The notes beneath the pieces are model-generated. The model worked only from the letters and a program-made list of their open reading frames with translations. It searched no databases and was not told the DNA's origin. Positions 12,990 to 26,400 of a stretch of 64,000 nucleotides of DNA are shown here, piece by piece. Numbering within the stretch: the stretch's first letter is position 1; the number at the start of each line of letters is the position of its first letter. The translations under genes and the position numbers were made by a program. Source of the stretch: Camelus ferus (lineage: Eukaryota); NCBI RefSeq assembly GCF_009834535.1, contig NC_045696.1, positions 106,642,001-106,706,000 of the forward strand, in the 5' to 3' direction.

Positions 12990-13200
12990 CAGAGTGAAAA
13001 CACGATGACTTTCAAATCAGACAGATTTGAGTTCTTATCCCAGGCTTGTCATTTTCTGGCTGTTTGAACTTGGGGCATGTTTCCTAACCTTGGAAGCTAG
13101 AGTGTCTAATCTGTAAAATGGGGATAATGAGATCTACGACCTAAAGCTATTGAGAGGATTAAGTGAGTTAAGTGCTTGGCACAACGTAAACACTCAGGAA
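12990..13200 (+). mobile_element. MIR SINE
   Basis: atctgtaaaatgggataatga...gaggattaagtgag...gtgcttggcaca. Confidence 0.78.
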
Positions 13201-14114
13201 ATAGTACTTTTTCCCCCTTTCCTGTCCTTGAAAAGAGCCGTGTGTTTCTTGGTTATTCTATTCACTGGCCGACTCTACAAAGGATGGCTAGCGCCTGCTT
13301 AAAGGCAAAACAAAATCCATCCCAGGCTGATGATCTGATTCAGTCACTTTCCTAAAATCCAGATAAATTGCCTGGGCTTTGGAACAGTGGAAGTTGCAAG
13401 GATGTCCTTAAGTGGTCGGTCAGCTGCTCTTCTGATTAAATGACACAAATACGTCATAATAAAACCAGAGCCAATCAGCCACCCCTCCAAATTACACAAA
13501 CTCAACTCTCCTGACAAATGCTGAAGAGATCAAAAGGACGAGGAATCAACAGGATTAAGAGTTTGAAATTCTGATGTCTTACCCACAGAGAGTCTGGGAC
13601 CTCTGACTCTCCAGCCTGGCTCAGACCAGTATCATTTCCTCGGATGGAGAGAACGTCTTTAAACGGATACACTTTGGAACCTGGGATGGAGCTGAGAACA
13701 TGCTTGGAATTTCATCACATCTAGGTAGAAAACCGCACTGAAGTGGCTGTTCTGGAAGATCAAAGGAAAGAAAAGTGCAACGAGAATAAACACATGACTA
13801 GTCCCGCTGCAGCTAAAGGAGGCTAATGGGCCTAATGAAGTGGGTGGTCAGGCCCTCTCCAGGGGCCCCACTGTGCAGGGCACACGCCTTGGGGAACAAG
13901 CCAGCAGGTGAGTCAGAGCCCGCTTTGTCTGCACAGATGATGCCCTGGGGCGTGGTCTGATGGGGCAGAGAGGCCCCGCTGGGAGGGTGCTGGGAACAGA
14001 TGTCTTAAAGAAGGGAGTCTGAAGCTGCAGTTGTGGAGGGAGGTGGCCGGGTGTCTCCCGGAACCGCAGCTGTGCTCCAGTACCTTGCATAAACGTGAGT
14101 GTCCCTAGAATGAC

Positions 14115-14335
14115 ATGTGCAGTGGAGAGGGCTTTGGGCACAGACTCGTGTTCAAATTCTGACTCCAGGACTTGCCGGCTGCCTGACCTCAGGCAAGTGA
14201 CTCCGCCCTTTCTGAACCTCAAATTCTTCATCTACTAAATGGGAGAAAGAATTTCAGACTTAAAGCACTGTTTGGGAATAAACTGAAAGAAATTATAATC
14301 TACCGCGTTCTTACAAGAGGTATTCAATAATTGTA
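14115..14335 (+). mobile_element. MIR SINE
   Basis: gttcaaattctgactcc...tgacctcaggcaagtgact...cctcaaattcttcatctactaaatggga. Confidence 0.78.
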
Positions 14336-14649
14336 CCTGCTAGCATCGGTCACACTGATAAGATGTGATTATCTTTGGTGGGCCTAGGGGATGAGCAGCC
14401 CTGGCTTTTGCTCCCCTCCTAGGTGCACCAAGTCTCCAGTTTCCTGGGTCTTCCACTCCTTCCTCCTCAGCGAGCTTCCCTTCCCCTCCTGCTTCTCAGA
14501 AGAGCCATCCATTCCTGGCTCACCTCTGCTAACTCTTGTGGGTGCAGAGTTACACGCAAGTGTAAGATCTGAACTTACAGAACGTGTCCCCTAAAGTTTG
14601 TAAATGGAATGTTTGTGACAGAACACATGGCCCCTTTGCCACAATATTC

Positions 14650-15210
14650 CAAATCAGTGTCTCCCTTGGATGTTCTGAATCAGGTTGGGAGAGGGTCCAG
14701 GAATCTGTGCATCACTAGTAGCTCTAGATCCTGGCTATCAGTGTAGTTTGACAACTCTGGCATCACCTGGGAGCTTGTTAGAAATGCAGAATCTTGGGCT
14801 TTGCCTCAGATCCACTGAATCGCAAGCTGCCCTTTAAAAATACTCAGGTAGAGTTCCCAGATAAAATACAGGATGCCCAATTAAATTTCAGTTTCAGATA
14901 AATGATGAAAAATTCTGTACTGTAAGTATGTCCCATAAATCTACGTATAAAATAGAAAATATTTGCTAAATCTGGCAAATGTATCTTCAAGTGATTTTTT
15001 ACGCACATTTAAGCGTGAGAAGCACTGGTCTCGATCAGTAGGTGCCCAGCTTTCAAGTGCTTCAGAATCAGCTGGAGGCCTTGTTGAAACCCAGGTTGCT
15101 GGGCACCACCTCCAGAGTTTCTGACTCAGTAAATCTTGGCGGAGCCTGAGAATTTGCATTTCTAACAAGATCCTGGATGACATGGATGCACACACTTTGA
15201 GGCCACAGAT
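14650..15210. mobile_element. Cluster of MER5A-like hAT-Charlie elements with a nested MER53-like element (14849-14978)
   Basis: gcatcacctgggagcttgttagaaatgcagaatc and gaatttgcatttctaacaag (MER5A, opposite orientations); ccagataaaatacaggatgcccaattaaatttc...atttgctaaatctggcaa (MER53 ends). Confidence 0.8.
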
Positions 15211-15324
15211 CTGCGTGTTTAGATTCCTAGGTCAGCCCACAAGAGTCTCTGCAATCCCTAGAGCTTGGACAGGATAAGGGCTGAGTTTCCCTCCAATATT
15301 CATACCTATGAATAAAAAGAGAGT

Positions 15325-15376
15325 GATAGTCTCTGATTCCAAGCCGATAGTCTCTGATTCCAAACCAATAGTCTGT
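15325..15376. repeat. 21-bp tandem repeat, ~2.5 copies
   Basis: gatagtctctgattccaagcc gatagtctctgattccaaacc aatagtctgt. Confidence 0.9.
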
Positions 15377-15784
15377 AAAACTTCACCGCCATTTATAACA
15401 AGGTCGGTAAGGACAAGCATGGAGGACCACGTGGAGTAAGTTCCAGGAGAGCATCTCTTCTGCCTTTGTGTGTTTCTTCTCTGTTTCCAAGCTACTGGTG
15501 CCCAGAGCACAGCAGGGAAGGAAGGGAGGACTGGGAATTGATGGATTCAATACGGGGACAAATCTCCTAAGGGGATGGGTGAGAGTGGGGACAGATTTAG
15601 GATAGAGGAGACGAACTAGGCAGTGTGGGAAATGAGGTTGCCGGTTGGGGGACTGAGGAGAAGGAGGAGAGGTGGGGCAGGGCTGGCTCCGCAGGAGGAC
15701 TGAGTGGCCCCAGCTGAAGTGACCATTGGAACTCAGAAGAAAGACACCAGCTCTGGGGTCTGAGGCCAGGATGAAAAGCCCAGG

Positions 15785-15960
15785 GATCTTGTGACCTCAT
15801 GCAGGTGGTTCCACCTCTCTGAGCCTTCATTTCCTCGTGTGAGCAATGGTTTTGCTTCCTTGAGGGGTGGTTGTGAGAAATAAATGAGACAATGCTTGGA
15901 GAGAAAATTCCTGATCCCTTGAGTAGGCACTCGGTAAACGGTATTGGTTGCTATTATAGT
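15785..15960 (+). mobile_element. MIR SINE
   Basis: cctctctgagccttcatttcctcgtgtg...ggttgtgagaaataaatgagacaatgc. Confidence 0.72.
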
Positions 15961-17193
15961 TGCAAGAGGGTTTAATGCTACTTTACAGTAACATTCTGCT
16001 GTAGAGAATCTCTTTACTTGTACTTAATTTCCTAAGATAATAGGTTTAGGGGAAATGTTATGCGTACTCTGTGGTGACAGAGGCTTCTTGTGAAAACCAT
16101 ACATCGTTAGCAAGAGGCACAGCCTACCTAAATGTGATTTCCCCTTTCACCCTTCCCACTTCAATTCCTACAGGCTCAGATGGAAAAACGGAGCCCATGG
16201 AGGAGTTGGAGGCTGGACTTACAAGGAGCAGAGCCCTTGCCCCCAGCTGGTACCATAGGCAGGTCAGCCGTCAGCTGGACATCAGCTGTACAGTGAGAGG
16301 CCTTGGATGACAGACCAAAGAATGGACCAATTTAACTACATCCCTTTGTATCCTGGTGAACACAACCCAAGCGTTCTTCAGTGGGTATCTGTGCTTTGTT
16401 TTTATAACATTTTGATTTACTTTCATTTGGAACATACTGTACAATGGCCTTTTTTGAGGACAGCTCTGTGCATGTTAACAAGCTATAAGTGGGTGTCCCC
16501 CACCATCAGGGCACAGAACAGTCCCACCACTCAAAAGTGTCCCGTGTTGCTACTTTATTATCCACACCTCCCCCTACCCTTGACCCTTAGCAACTATACT
16601 TTTGCCTTTTTGAGAATGTTGTATAAATAAAAGAAATTATGCTGAGTGGAAAAGCCAGTCTTGCCTTATTTTATATTCTTAAAATACAAATAAAGACAAC
16701 AAACGTTATCACTGTTATTTGGCACAAAAACCCGAAGATGAGAAAACCCATTTATAAACAGGACTTCTCTTGTTATTGTCATCCCCCCTCCCTCCAACAC
16801 ACTTCCCCTCAATTCTTCACTGACTTACTTCTTCCAGGAAGGCCACTCGGATTGGTTCTCCAGAAATTCCTCATCCTCTCCCTCTGGATTTTTTCCTCCA
16901 CATGCTGTATCTCTCTTTTTGTCACTTTCTCAAGGAGTCCATTCTGAGCATGAATTAAATACCAGAACATAGGGAAAATCACATGCTGTCTGAAGACATG
17001 CAGATCTCAGTACCAACCTGAGTCTGCTAGGATCGTGGGCATATTTGCCTCCTTCAGCTTCAATTTCCTCAAGGCAGAATACTGAAGAGTAGATTGAGGA
17101 TGAGATGAGGGGACAGACATAAAGCACCTGGCACAGAGCAGTCCAAGAGGCCGGCAGGTAGGGTTCTGAGCTATTAGTAGCAGGAAAAAAAAT

Positions 17194-17302
17194 GGGAGGA
17201 GGGTATAGCTCAGTGGTAAAGTGCATGCTTAGCATGCATGAGGTCCTGGGTTCAATCCCCAATACTGCCATTATCCTAAAAAAAAAAAAAAATAAAATAA
17301 AT
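17194..17302 (+). mobile_element. tRNA-Ala-derived SINE (Vic-1-like) with polyA
   Basis: GAGGGTATAGCTCAGTGGTAAAGTGCATGCTTAGCATGCATGAGGTCCTGGGTTCAATCCCCAATACTGCCA followed by an A-tail. Confidence 0.9.
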
Positions 17303-17859
17303 AGGAAGAATGCTCATTATCAGAAGAGTTTATATCTGCTTGTCCATCCCAGAAGCCCATAGACCATTGCATTGGAGTCCTCCATACATGTACAAGTACC
17401 AAAAAATTATTCAGTGTCAAAAAAGCTCAAATAATGGACTATATTTTTTTCATTGTTTTCATCGATTATCGTGGTCACATAATGAAGTAGAGCTCAGGTA
17501 AGGATAAGCATCAAAAGGCCTTGCCCTGCTATGGCCTCCCCATGTGACCTTGACCATGGCACCATGACCTCCTTGGTCCTTTTTTTTTTATATGAAGGCT
17601 GACCTCAAAGCTCTCAGAAGTTTCTCTCAGTTCTGAAATTCTAAAACTCCAAGCACACACAGACCAGAGCTTTAGAATTTAGTAAGTTCTTATCTACTCT
17701 TTCCTCATCCTATCTGAGTTGAAACTCTTTGCTGACCCTGAAGGTGTAGACCAACCCCTCTTCTTCTGTTTATTATTCTGACATTTCACTGTCTACTCAG
17801 AAACATGGAGAGATTATCAAGTGAATCTAGACTGTACAGAAACAATGATTAGATAATCG

Positions 17860-18935
17860 ACTTAAACACAAATGACAGCCTATAGAATGGGGAAAATATT
17901 TGCAAATGATAAGGCTGACAAAGGTTTAATTTCCAGAATATATAAAGAGTTCATACAACTTAATAATAACAACAACAACAAAATCCAATCCAAAAATGGG
18001 CAGAAGACCTAAACAAGCAATTCTCCAGTGAAGACATACAAATGGCCAACAGGCACATGAAAAAATGCTCAGTATTACTAATTATCAGAGAAATGCAAAT
18101 CAAAACTATAATGGGGTAGCACCTCACATCAGTCAGAATAGACATCATTAAAAAGTTCACAAATGATAAATGCTGTGGGGAAAAGGGAACCCTCTTACAC
18201 TGTTGGTGGGAATGTAGTTTGGTGCAACCATTATGGAAAAAAATATGAGATTCCTCAAAAAACTAAAAACAGACTTACCACATGATCCAGCAATCCCACT
18301 CATGGGCACATATCCAGAAGGAACTCTAATTCGAAAAGATACATGCACCCCAATGTTGATAGCAGCACTATACACAATAGTCAAGACATGGAAGCAACCT
18401 AAATGTCTGTCCATTGACAGATGACTGAATAAAGATGTTGTAGTATATTTATACAACAGAATACTACTCAGCCATAAAAAAGACTAAAATAATGCCCTTT
18501 GCAGCAACATGGGTGGACCTAGAGATCATCATTCTAAGTGAAGTAAGCCAGAGAGAGAGAAAAAAAATACCGTATGATATCACTTATATGTAGAATCTAA
18601 AAAAGAAAGAAAGAAAGAAAGAAAGGAAGAAAAGAAAAGAAAAGAAAAGAAAGAAAAGAAAGAAAGAAAGAAAAGAAAGAAAGAAAGAAAAAGAAAGAAG
18701 CTAATGAACTCATCTACAAAACAGAAACAGACTCTCATAGTAAACAATCTTATGGTTACTGGGAGAAAGCAGGTGGGAAGGGATAAATTTGGGAGTCTGA
18801 GATTTACAAATGTTAGCCAGTATATATAAAAATAGATTTAAAAAATGAATTTCTTCTGTATAGCAAGGGAACTATAGTCAATATCTTTCAATAATCTTTA
18901 ATGAAAAAGAATATGAAAACAAAAAAATATATACA
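17860..18935 (+). mobile_element. LINE-1 ORF2 C-terminus and 3'UTR, frameshifted, with (GAAA)n expansion
   Basis: Translation [54 protein letters not shown] is the L1 ORF2 end. Confidence 0.95.
18599..18700. repeat. (GAAA)n/(GAAAA)n purine microsatellite
   Basis: ~100 nt pure A/G tract inside the L1 3'UTR. Confidence 0.95.
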
Positions 18936-19034
18936 GAATTTTCTACTTAAATATTGTGGGAAAGGACAAAAGAGAAGAAAAAGTTTGGACGAATGAAGTA
19001 GTCCACCCCATTGGTTTCTGCCATGTAGATACAG

Positions 19035-19265
19035 TTTAATAATAATATATGACAGTCCTGACATTTCCTGGGCATGTAGTGTGTGCCAGGAACCAGGCTG
19101 GGCACCCTGCATGTTATCTCCTTTAATCCTGATAACACATCTGTGGCAAGGTGGTGGGATTGCTATTTTAATCTCCTTTTTAACTGATGAATAAACCCAC
19201 CCTGGAAGGTACAGTGAGTAGCCCATAGCGATGGAGGTAGTAAGTGGCAGAAAACTAGACAGAGC
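19035..19265 (-). mobile_element. MIR SINE
   Basis: gtgtgccaggaacc...atctcctttaatcct...ttttaactgatga. Confidence 0.7.
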
Positions 19266-20084
19266 TAAATAAAGTACAAGTAATTTCAGAACATTCACTT
19301 CCATCGCTGAAGGAAAGAGAGTAGCCTCCAAGGGTTGGCCTCATCCCCCTCCGATTCCTTAGTGCCAAAAAGCACTTGAATGTGACTAGCACTCCAGGAC
19401 TGTGGTTGAATGAATAAAGATGTAGAGGGAAGGACAGAGGGGGAAGCCGGGGTAAGAGGTGGAGAGAGGGGAGGGGAGACTGCAGTGGGGAAAGAAGAAC
19501 TAGGTTCCCAGGGGGTGGCTAACAGAGGCTGGCTCTGGGAAAGACATCTCTGAGACCACAGAAGGAGGGGTGGGGCCTTAAGGGATGCAGCTACTTAAGG
19601 GGACTGTGTTGAGACAGGAGGCAGGGAGAGGCTAGATCTGAGAACAGGAGTTTTCTCTGACCTGGGAGCTGAGAAACCCACTGAAATCCCACCTACCTCC
19701 CGCCCTCTGGTTCCAACTCCTGACTAGCAAAGGCCCATGTGTCTGTAACAGGAGAGATTTTTTTTTTTTTCTTTTCAGTTTAACTAGGAGGAAGCATACG
19801 AGATTTGTCCATTAAAACATTCTTGAAAGATGTTCGCACTCCTAATTGTGCTATAAAGAAAAGAAATAACTTGTAGAGTGATGGGTAAACTGTAGCCACG
19901 TGGGAAGGGAAAAGAGGCTGGAGATTCTCTCTGTGTCATTTTTAAAAAGAAAAAGTATGACACTACTTTGAAAAGATGGCCAGAACAGACCCTAAGCTGG
20001 TATCCTCATTCATTATAAAAAGTACATGGGGAAAGGGATTTTTTTTAAAGTGAAAGAAAATAAATAGTGAGTCCAAAATTATAA

Positions 20085-20280
20085 CGAATACTTATTAAGT
20101 GTGTGGTATGGTACTAAGCATTTTACAACCATAATGTTTTTCAGCCTTCAAAACAATCCTGTGAGATTAGTGCTATTTCTATGTCCATTCTGCAGATGAG
20201 GAAATTGAGACCCAGAGAGGTTGGGCAGCTAACAAGCAGCAGAGTGAGGGTTCGAGTCTCGAGGGTCTGACTCCAACACC
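20085..20280 (-). mobile_element. MIR SINE
   Basis: ccattctgcagatgaggaaattgagacccagagaggtt. Confidence 0.82.
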
Positions 20281-20893
20281 CAAGTGATCAATCAAAATGA
20301 CCATGTGGGGCCCGAAAAAGACACAAAGAACAAAACAAACCCAAGGCAGAAGAGTCCTAAGGAGTTAGTTGTCGCTGCAGAGGTGACTGATGAAGGCCCC
20401 GAGGACTCCGGGGAAAGAGTGTGTTGACTTGAGGAAGGAAGATCAGAGATGCAGCGGACGAGGCAGGTGGAGATGGCTGAGAGGGTGAGAGCAAGGACCC
20501 AACGTGGGAGGGAAGAGATCTGAGTTTCCGGGCCTCTTCCTAGTGGCTTTGTGACCTCAGGGAAGTCATTTAACTTCTCAAAGCTCCGGTGTCTTCTGCA
20601 AAATTAGAGACAATACCTATAGACAGGTTGTGGGGGGTTAACTGCACGGCAAGGGAGAGTGAGCTGGGATGCGTTACCCACCTTCCTAACAGCAGCGTCG
20701 CCCCGCACGAGGTGTAGAGCTACTGAATAGTTCCCAGTGAGAGATGTGGCCAGAGGAAAACAAATAGTTTGTGAGAAGATGTCACACCCTTAAGTAAACA
20801 AATAAAGAAAACCAGTCTGCAACAAAATACTCGATTAGTTGGGAGCTTTCTTCTTCGGTGGGGTTAAACTGCATCACTGGCTTTTTTTTTCCT

Positions 20894-20938
<45 letters not shown>

Positions 20939-23289
20939 TTAAGGCTACTTTGAAATCTGTGCTGGGAGTGCCAAATACAAGGCCGCCTCATTTTGGAAAC
21001 AACCACGGACTTTGCAAGGCCACAGATGAAGAATTCAAGCCTCTTGGGGCACTAGGTGCTCCAAGTTAAAATAAATCTCTGGGGTAAGTCAGGTGGGGCT
21101 GTGCACAGCCCTGGGGCCCTGATAACTTAGGAAGAGACTGAATTTCTCAACTTGCTGCGTCTGTCCGCAGCACAAAGACGCTGGAGGGGGCCACCACTGG
21201 GCTGCTTGTGTTTGGTGGCCTTCCCCCTCTTGTCCTGTCATCTCCTGTCCAGCTGACCTTCTTAGAGGATGGGTGGCTCCTGGCTCTCATAGCCGATTGT
21301 GATCCTCCCTCCCACAGAGCCCCTCTTCTTTCCCCTAATTGCAGTGGACACGTGTTAGGTTTTATACAGTGTAATTAGTAGGCTGAAGACATCCTGAGTG
21401 AGAAAATAAGGCTTAGCACCAGCAAGAAAGCATCAAAAACTTGAAAGAACCAGGAGGCTCTTCATACCCTCCTTCCCCTAGAGAAAGGGCTACCTGCCTT
21501 TTAGCCTCTGAGAAAAATGAGACAAATAGAAGGAAAGTTATGTGGGGCCAAGATCTAAAAGGCTTGGGCTATAGACTACCCTCTCCTGTTGTCAGGCTGT
21601 GTGACTTTGGAGAAATCACTTCACCCCTCTGATCTTTCTTTATTTTCCCCCCATGGTGAAGTGAGCCCTTGAGATCAGTGTTGCTCCCAGTGTGTGACTT
21701 GAGATAGTACGATTGTTACAGGGGAAATTTCTAATTTCAGTTCATTTGACCAAAAAAATACTGGAAAATAAAATCTCATGATTCATGTAATTATTGTGTA
21801 GGATGAGGCTAAAGTGGAAAAGTGAGTCAACCTAAAGAAAATTATAAAATATACATATAGTGTAAATATAAAGTATATAAAGATTATAGATGGATGTAAC
21901 CAAAATTGCTAAGGTGATAGTAGAAAGAAGGCCAGCCTTGACCTTCTGTCCCTTACCGAAAGGCAGAGACCAGGACCGGGACTCAGCCTTGTCTTTAATT
22001 GCTCTCCAGGGCACCCCCTCTTCTGCGCCCTCACTCTCCAATGTAACTGTGTGCCCCACACACCCAGTCCCTGGTCTGCAGTCCTTAGGTCCAAAACTGC
22101 AATTTGCACAAGTGCCCATGTCATCCACAGCACTTCACAAATAAAAGTCTTAGTAAGACCAAGAGCATTTCAAACCTCCTTTTAAATTTTGATAAAATAA
22201 TCACCTCTTGCTCACAAGCTTCTGCTTCTTAGTTCTCCACAGACTCCACCCTGTGGTTTCATACATTCATTTTTCACATGACTTGTTAGGAATCATTTGT
22301 ATTGCAACCGGGGATGCGATTCTAAACCTTAGAAAAGGAAGGAGTAAATGAGCATATTTCTGAGCAGTTCTGTAAATGTTATGCCCAAAGAAGGGTCTGG
22401 GCCACTAAAAGGCTTTTGGACTGTCCCGAAATTTCCTGAAATATCAGTATTGTGATAAGTAACTTTTTGTTTATGGAACACTTTGATCCTCCCACCAAGA
22501 TGTGACCAGTGCAAACTATTCTTAGCAGGGAAATGCAAAACCACTTGGTGTACCACGATTGATATGCAAGAGCTCAATACAGGATGAACAAGACAAAAAA
22601 CAGGGTTCTCACATTAAAGACACAGAAGCTTGGACAGATTGAAAGAATCGGGCTAAGGAATTCAGGGGCATGAGAAGGCTGACAGCTTTACTAAACCTGA
22701 CTAGGAGCCAGAGAGTGAGAAAAAGGATTTGGGGAAATATTTCTTCTTTCCCTTCTCAACACACGATACCTTCCATTGCCAAGCTCCCTGGTCCAGGAGG
22801 GCCCTCTGAAGTGAGCATCATGAAATTAGTCTGGAAGAGACTAGGGACTCAACCGGTTGACTCTGCAGGAAATCTGTCTGTGTATATGCCCCTAGATCTA
22901 AATCTAGGATGATTCTAGATTTGCTTGGTGATGTCCTGGTCCCTGGCTCTGTATGTGTCCGCAAGACTTAGAAGCAACTAGTGAGACTTGGGCCAACAAG
23001 GTTGAAGCTGGTGGGCCCAACTAGTAAGAGGGTTCCATCCACAGTGACAGGAGATGTGGCTTCATTGGATTCTGCATATTCTTTTCATCCATCTGAGAAA
23101 GAGAAAGCTTTGCAGCTCTTCCACTTTACCCCGAAACTCTACATTTTCTCATCTTCCTTTGTCTTGTCCCCAGCTATGAATTCCATGGATCCTCTGCTCT
23201 CTCCTTTACCACCTCTAATGAGCCCTTGCTTTTGTAGGTAGTAGTGGGCAGACAGGGAGCAATGGTATAGAAGTTCTATTGTGAGGGCC

Positions 23290-23450
23290 ATAGCCCTCGG
23301 GCGAGTTGCTGAATGTCTCTGAGCCTCAGTTTCCTCTTATTCTCATGGCCCCATTTCTCAATAATAATAGCAGTACCTACCTCCTGGTGCTTTGGGAAGA
23401 ACTTAAAATACAGAGTATCTAAGGCACCTCATGTGCTTCTTTGCCCAGAG
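23290..23450 (+). mobile_element. MIR SINE
   Basis: ctctgagcctcagtttcctc...ataataatagcagtacctacctc. Confidence 0.78.
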
Positions 23451-26400
23451 TTCTCAATTCACATCCATCTAATAAACGACCGTGGTCCTCTCTCATTGCA
23501 AACAGAGGACATCTCCCCAGGGATGATGAAGGCAAATCTTCAGAGTCCTGGAAAGAAATACAATCAATTAAACCACATCCCTAAAACACATCTTACTCAA
23601 AGGAAAAATCATCTCATTTAATTTACTCACTGAGATGGTACCTAAACAGCTGACAATGTTGGCTTTTCTCTCCATCATTGAATTCAGTGATAAAAATCTT
23701 ACTCATTTGAATTCAATAGACTGTCTTACCCACCAATCCAGGCACAGTCAATGCCCCTTGGAATAAAACACGAATTTCATGACTTCTCTGTCTGCGTGTA
23801 AGCCAGGGACTTCAGTAAATGGATGATCTGAGGCTTGGTGCTCAGACTTTGGTGTCCATGCCAGGCAACAGCTCCACTGGGCTCTGCGGGTCTTTGAGAC
23901 TTGTCTGATCATACTCCAGGCTTTGTGTCTTTCAGTATCATGGATTTCTCCTAGTAAGATAGTCAGAACATTGGATGCTGCCCTCCCTCATCAAGAGAAA
24001 GAGTTTATGAGTGAATTGATACCATCCAAAGCCCCATTATTAGGACTAATAGGCAGTGGCATAGCAGTCCTGTTTTATTGACAGTGATGTGGAGCCTTCA
24101 CTTACAGGCTGTGGGTTCCCCTGGGTGGTGGTGATTAGGGGCCCATTCAGGAATTTGAACCATAGGGGTTGACCAAGGCATTCATGAATCAAAGCCTTTC
24201 CTCCATATTGACAAAGGAATCCTGTTTTGACATCTAGTTGAAACTCAGAGGATGACCAGAAGATAGAAATTAATACAAATCTCTTTTGGTCTCATTCCAA
24301 AGAATTTTTTTTTTCTCTTTCTGACTCTATTCTACTTTTGAGCCTTTCCCAAGTAAGAAGAGTGAAATCATAATGGCAATTTTCTTTTTGGCAACAGTTT
24401 GTCACAAACCAAATTTACCTGTTTTCCTCCAGATTGTCTCATAGGGGATGAAGCTGCCTTCTCTCAGTGGGTTTGATAATTCAGATGCCCGTCATATTAC
24501 ACAACAGTGAACAGTGGAGGAGATAATCTAATTTCTGTTTCCATTAAAAAAAAAAAAAAAAAGGAAAACAAGAATGACATGTCCCTGTAGAGTATCCTCT
24601 GAGAGTTGGCATGGGAGAGCAGGAAGCTGCCCTCAGAGGCAGGCAGTCTTGGCATGCCCTGAGAGTTCTAGAAGAGGCCACCTGCAGAAGGATGGGGCTG
24701 TGGCAGAGAGAGAGACCTAATCACAGGTGTGGCTTCAGATTTGCTGATGCAATTTCTCTTCCTAAAATACAAAAAACAAAAAAATCCAACCCCCCCTCCA
24801 TGATCACTCATTTTACCTGTTTATTATAAAATGTGTTTTCAAGAAATGTCGGAGCAACTCTGACCATCTGCAGAGGGAGCTAAGGTTGTTAATTTGACAG
24901 CTGATTGACCTCCCTCTGATTCTAATCCTCTCTATGTAACAAGTTGGAGTTAAGGCTGCTACAGTTAGTTGTGTGATACACTCTGAATTTCACCAAACCA
25001 GTGGTAACAAAGTGGGTCTGAACCCCAGGTGTCAGCTAGAGATGCTGCAGTAGTAGGTAGGGAGACATTTTTATTTACACCTTGTTTGCGCTCATTTTAA
25101 CTCAGAGTGTGACTGATTTACACACATATGTAAATGGCTCATTGTAAACCAAGAGTATATTTGGACCAAGAAAAGTTCAGCTCACCTGTTCTACAGATGA
25201 CACAGCTTCAGGCCTTCAGCTTTTTTCTTGTCAGTTCCCTCCTCAAAGAGAATTCAAAGCAAATGGATCCTTCCTACTAAGTGTAAGTCTTAACAAACAT
25301 TCCAGAGAACCCAGGATGTAAAAGATAAGGAAAAAAATTTAAATGTCTTAAAGGTGTCATCTCATCTAGCTGACTTTATCATAAGCATTCAACTGAATCT
25401 ACGGAGTTTGAGGTAAGAAATACACATAAGATATTTCAACTTCTGGCCAAGCTGTTACTCCTTTTGCCTCATATTCGGATTGTTTGATTGAACATTAGGG
25501 AAGAGAGAATGCATTACCACAGTGGAAGGATGTGAGACTAGGAAGAAACCGACATGATGAAGAATGATGCTGATAATGTAGAAAGGAAATTTCTGATCTA
25601 ATAGTAGTGTTCACATTATTAAAAAGGAAAACTAAACATGAGAAGGAGGAGGAAGTGGAGGAGAAGGAATGAAAAAGGAAGAAAAAAAAAAAAGAATGGA
25701 AGAATTAGTCTTCAGTCTAGAGAAGCTTCCTCCTGTGGGAATGCATTCGCTGTTTTTCTTAGCTGTGAAAACCATCATCAGATGTTGATGGTTGGTCCTG
25801 TCCTTTGCTTAGGTCTGTGGATCTCCAGTCATTTACTGGGGTGACATTAAAACAGGGATGACACTATGTTACCCCTTTATTTGGGTGAATGTGGAGAAAG
25901 TGCCTGTCATCATCTTTCAGTTCAAGCAAAGTAAAACCTTTTCTTAAGCAATCTTCTGTCCTCCACTTGGAAGCCCCCAGACGACAGCATCTCTCATTTC
26001 TTTCTTGATATATGCAAATTTTCCTACGTAATTATTTAGACCTGGCAACTTTGAACACGAACGATTTGATGCTGCTCATACCTTGACCAAGCATGGAATC
26101 CTTAGGGAAATGTGAACTTGTTCGTACCCATAACAGCTATTTTTAATAAAAACAATGCATTACTGACCCAACATCTGATGCTACAGAAGAATTCGTCCTT
26201 TGGTACATTTCTATGTTACAGAAAGGTTTTCAACTGGTAAACATCTTTCCACTGTATGCATATTTTATGGAAAAATAATTGCATATCCTCTGCATACAAT
26301 CTTTCAGACTCAAACTGCAGCAAGAATGAAAGGTGACTATGGTTAAAATTTTGCCCTAAAACCATAATGTTAAATTGTCAGGGATATTTAAAAACAACAA

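Noticed and set aside
15325..15376. CRISPR-like or functional repeat array
   Set aside because: Directly adjacent tandem units without spacers in a mammalian genome; an ordinary slippage repeat.
17199..17270. Apparent tRNA-Ala(AGC) gene
   Set aside because: The acceptor stem is broken, it is followed by polyA, and it matches the other SINE copies.
17960..18456. ORFs resembling annotated hypothetical proteins
   Set aside because: Sense and antisense translations of a decayed L1 ORF2.
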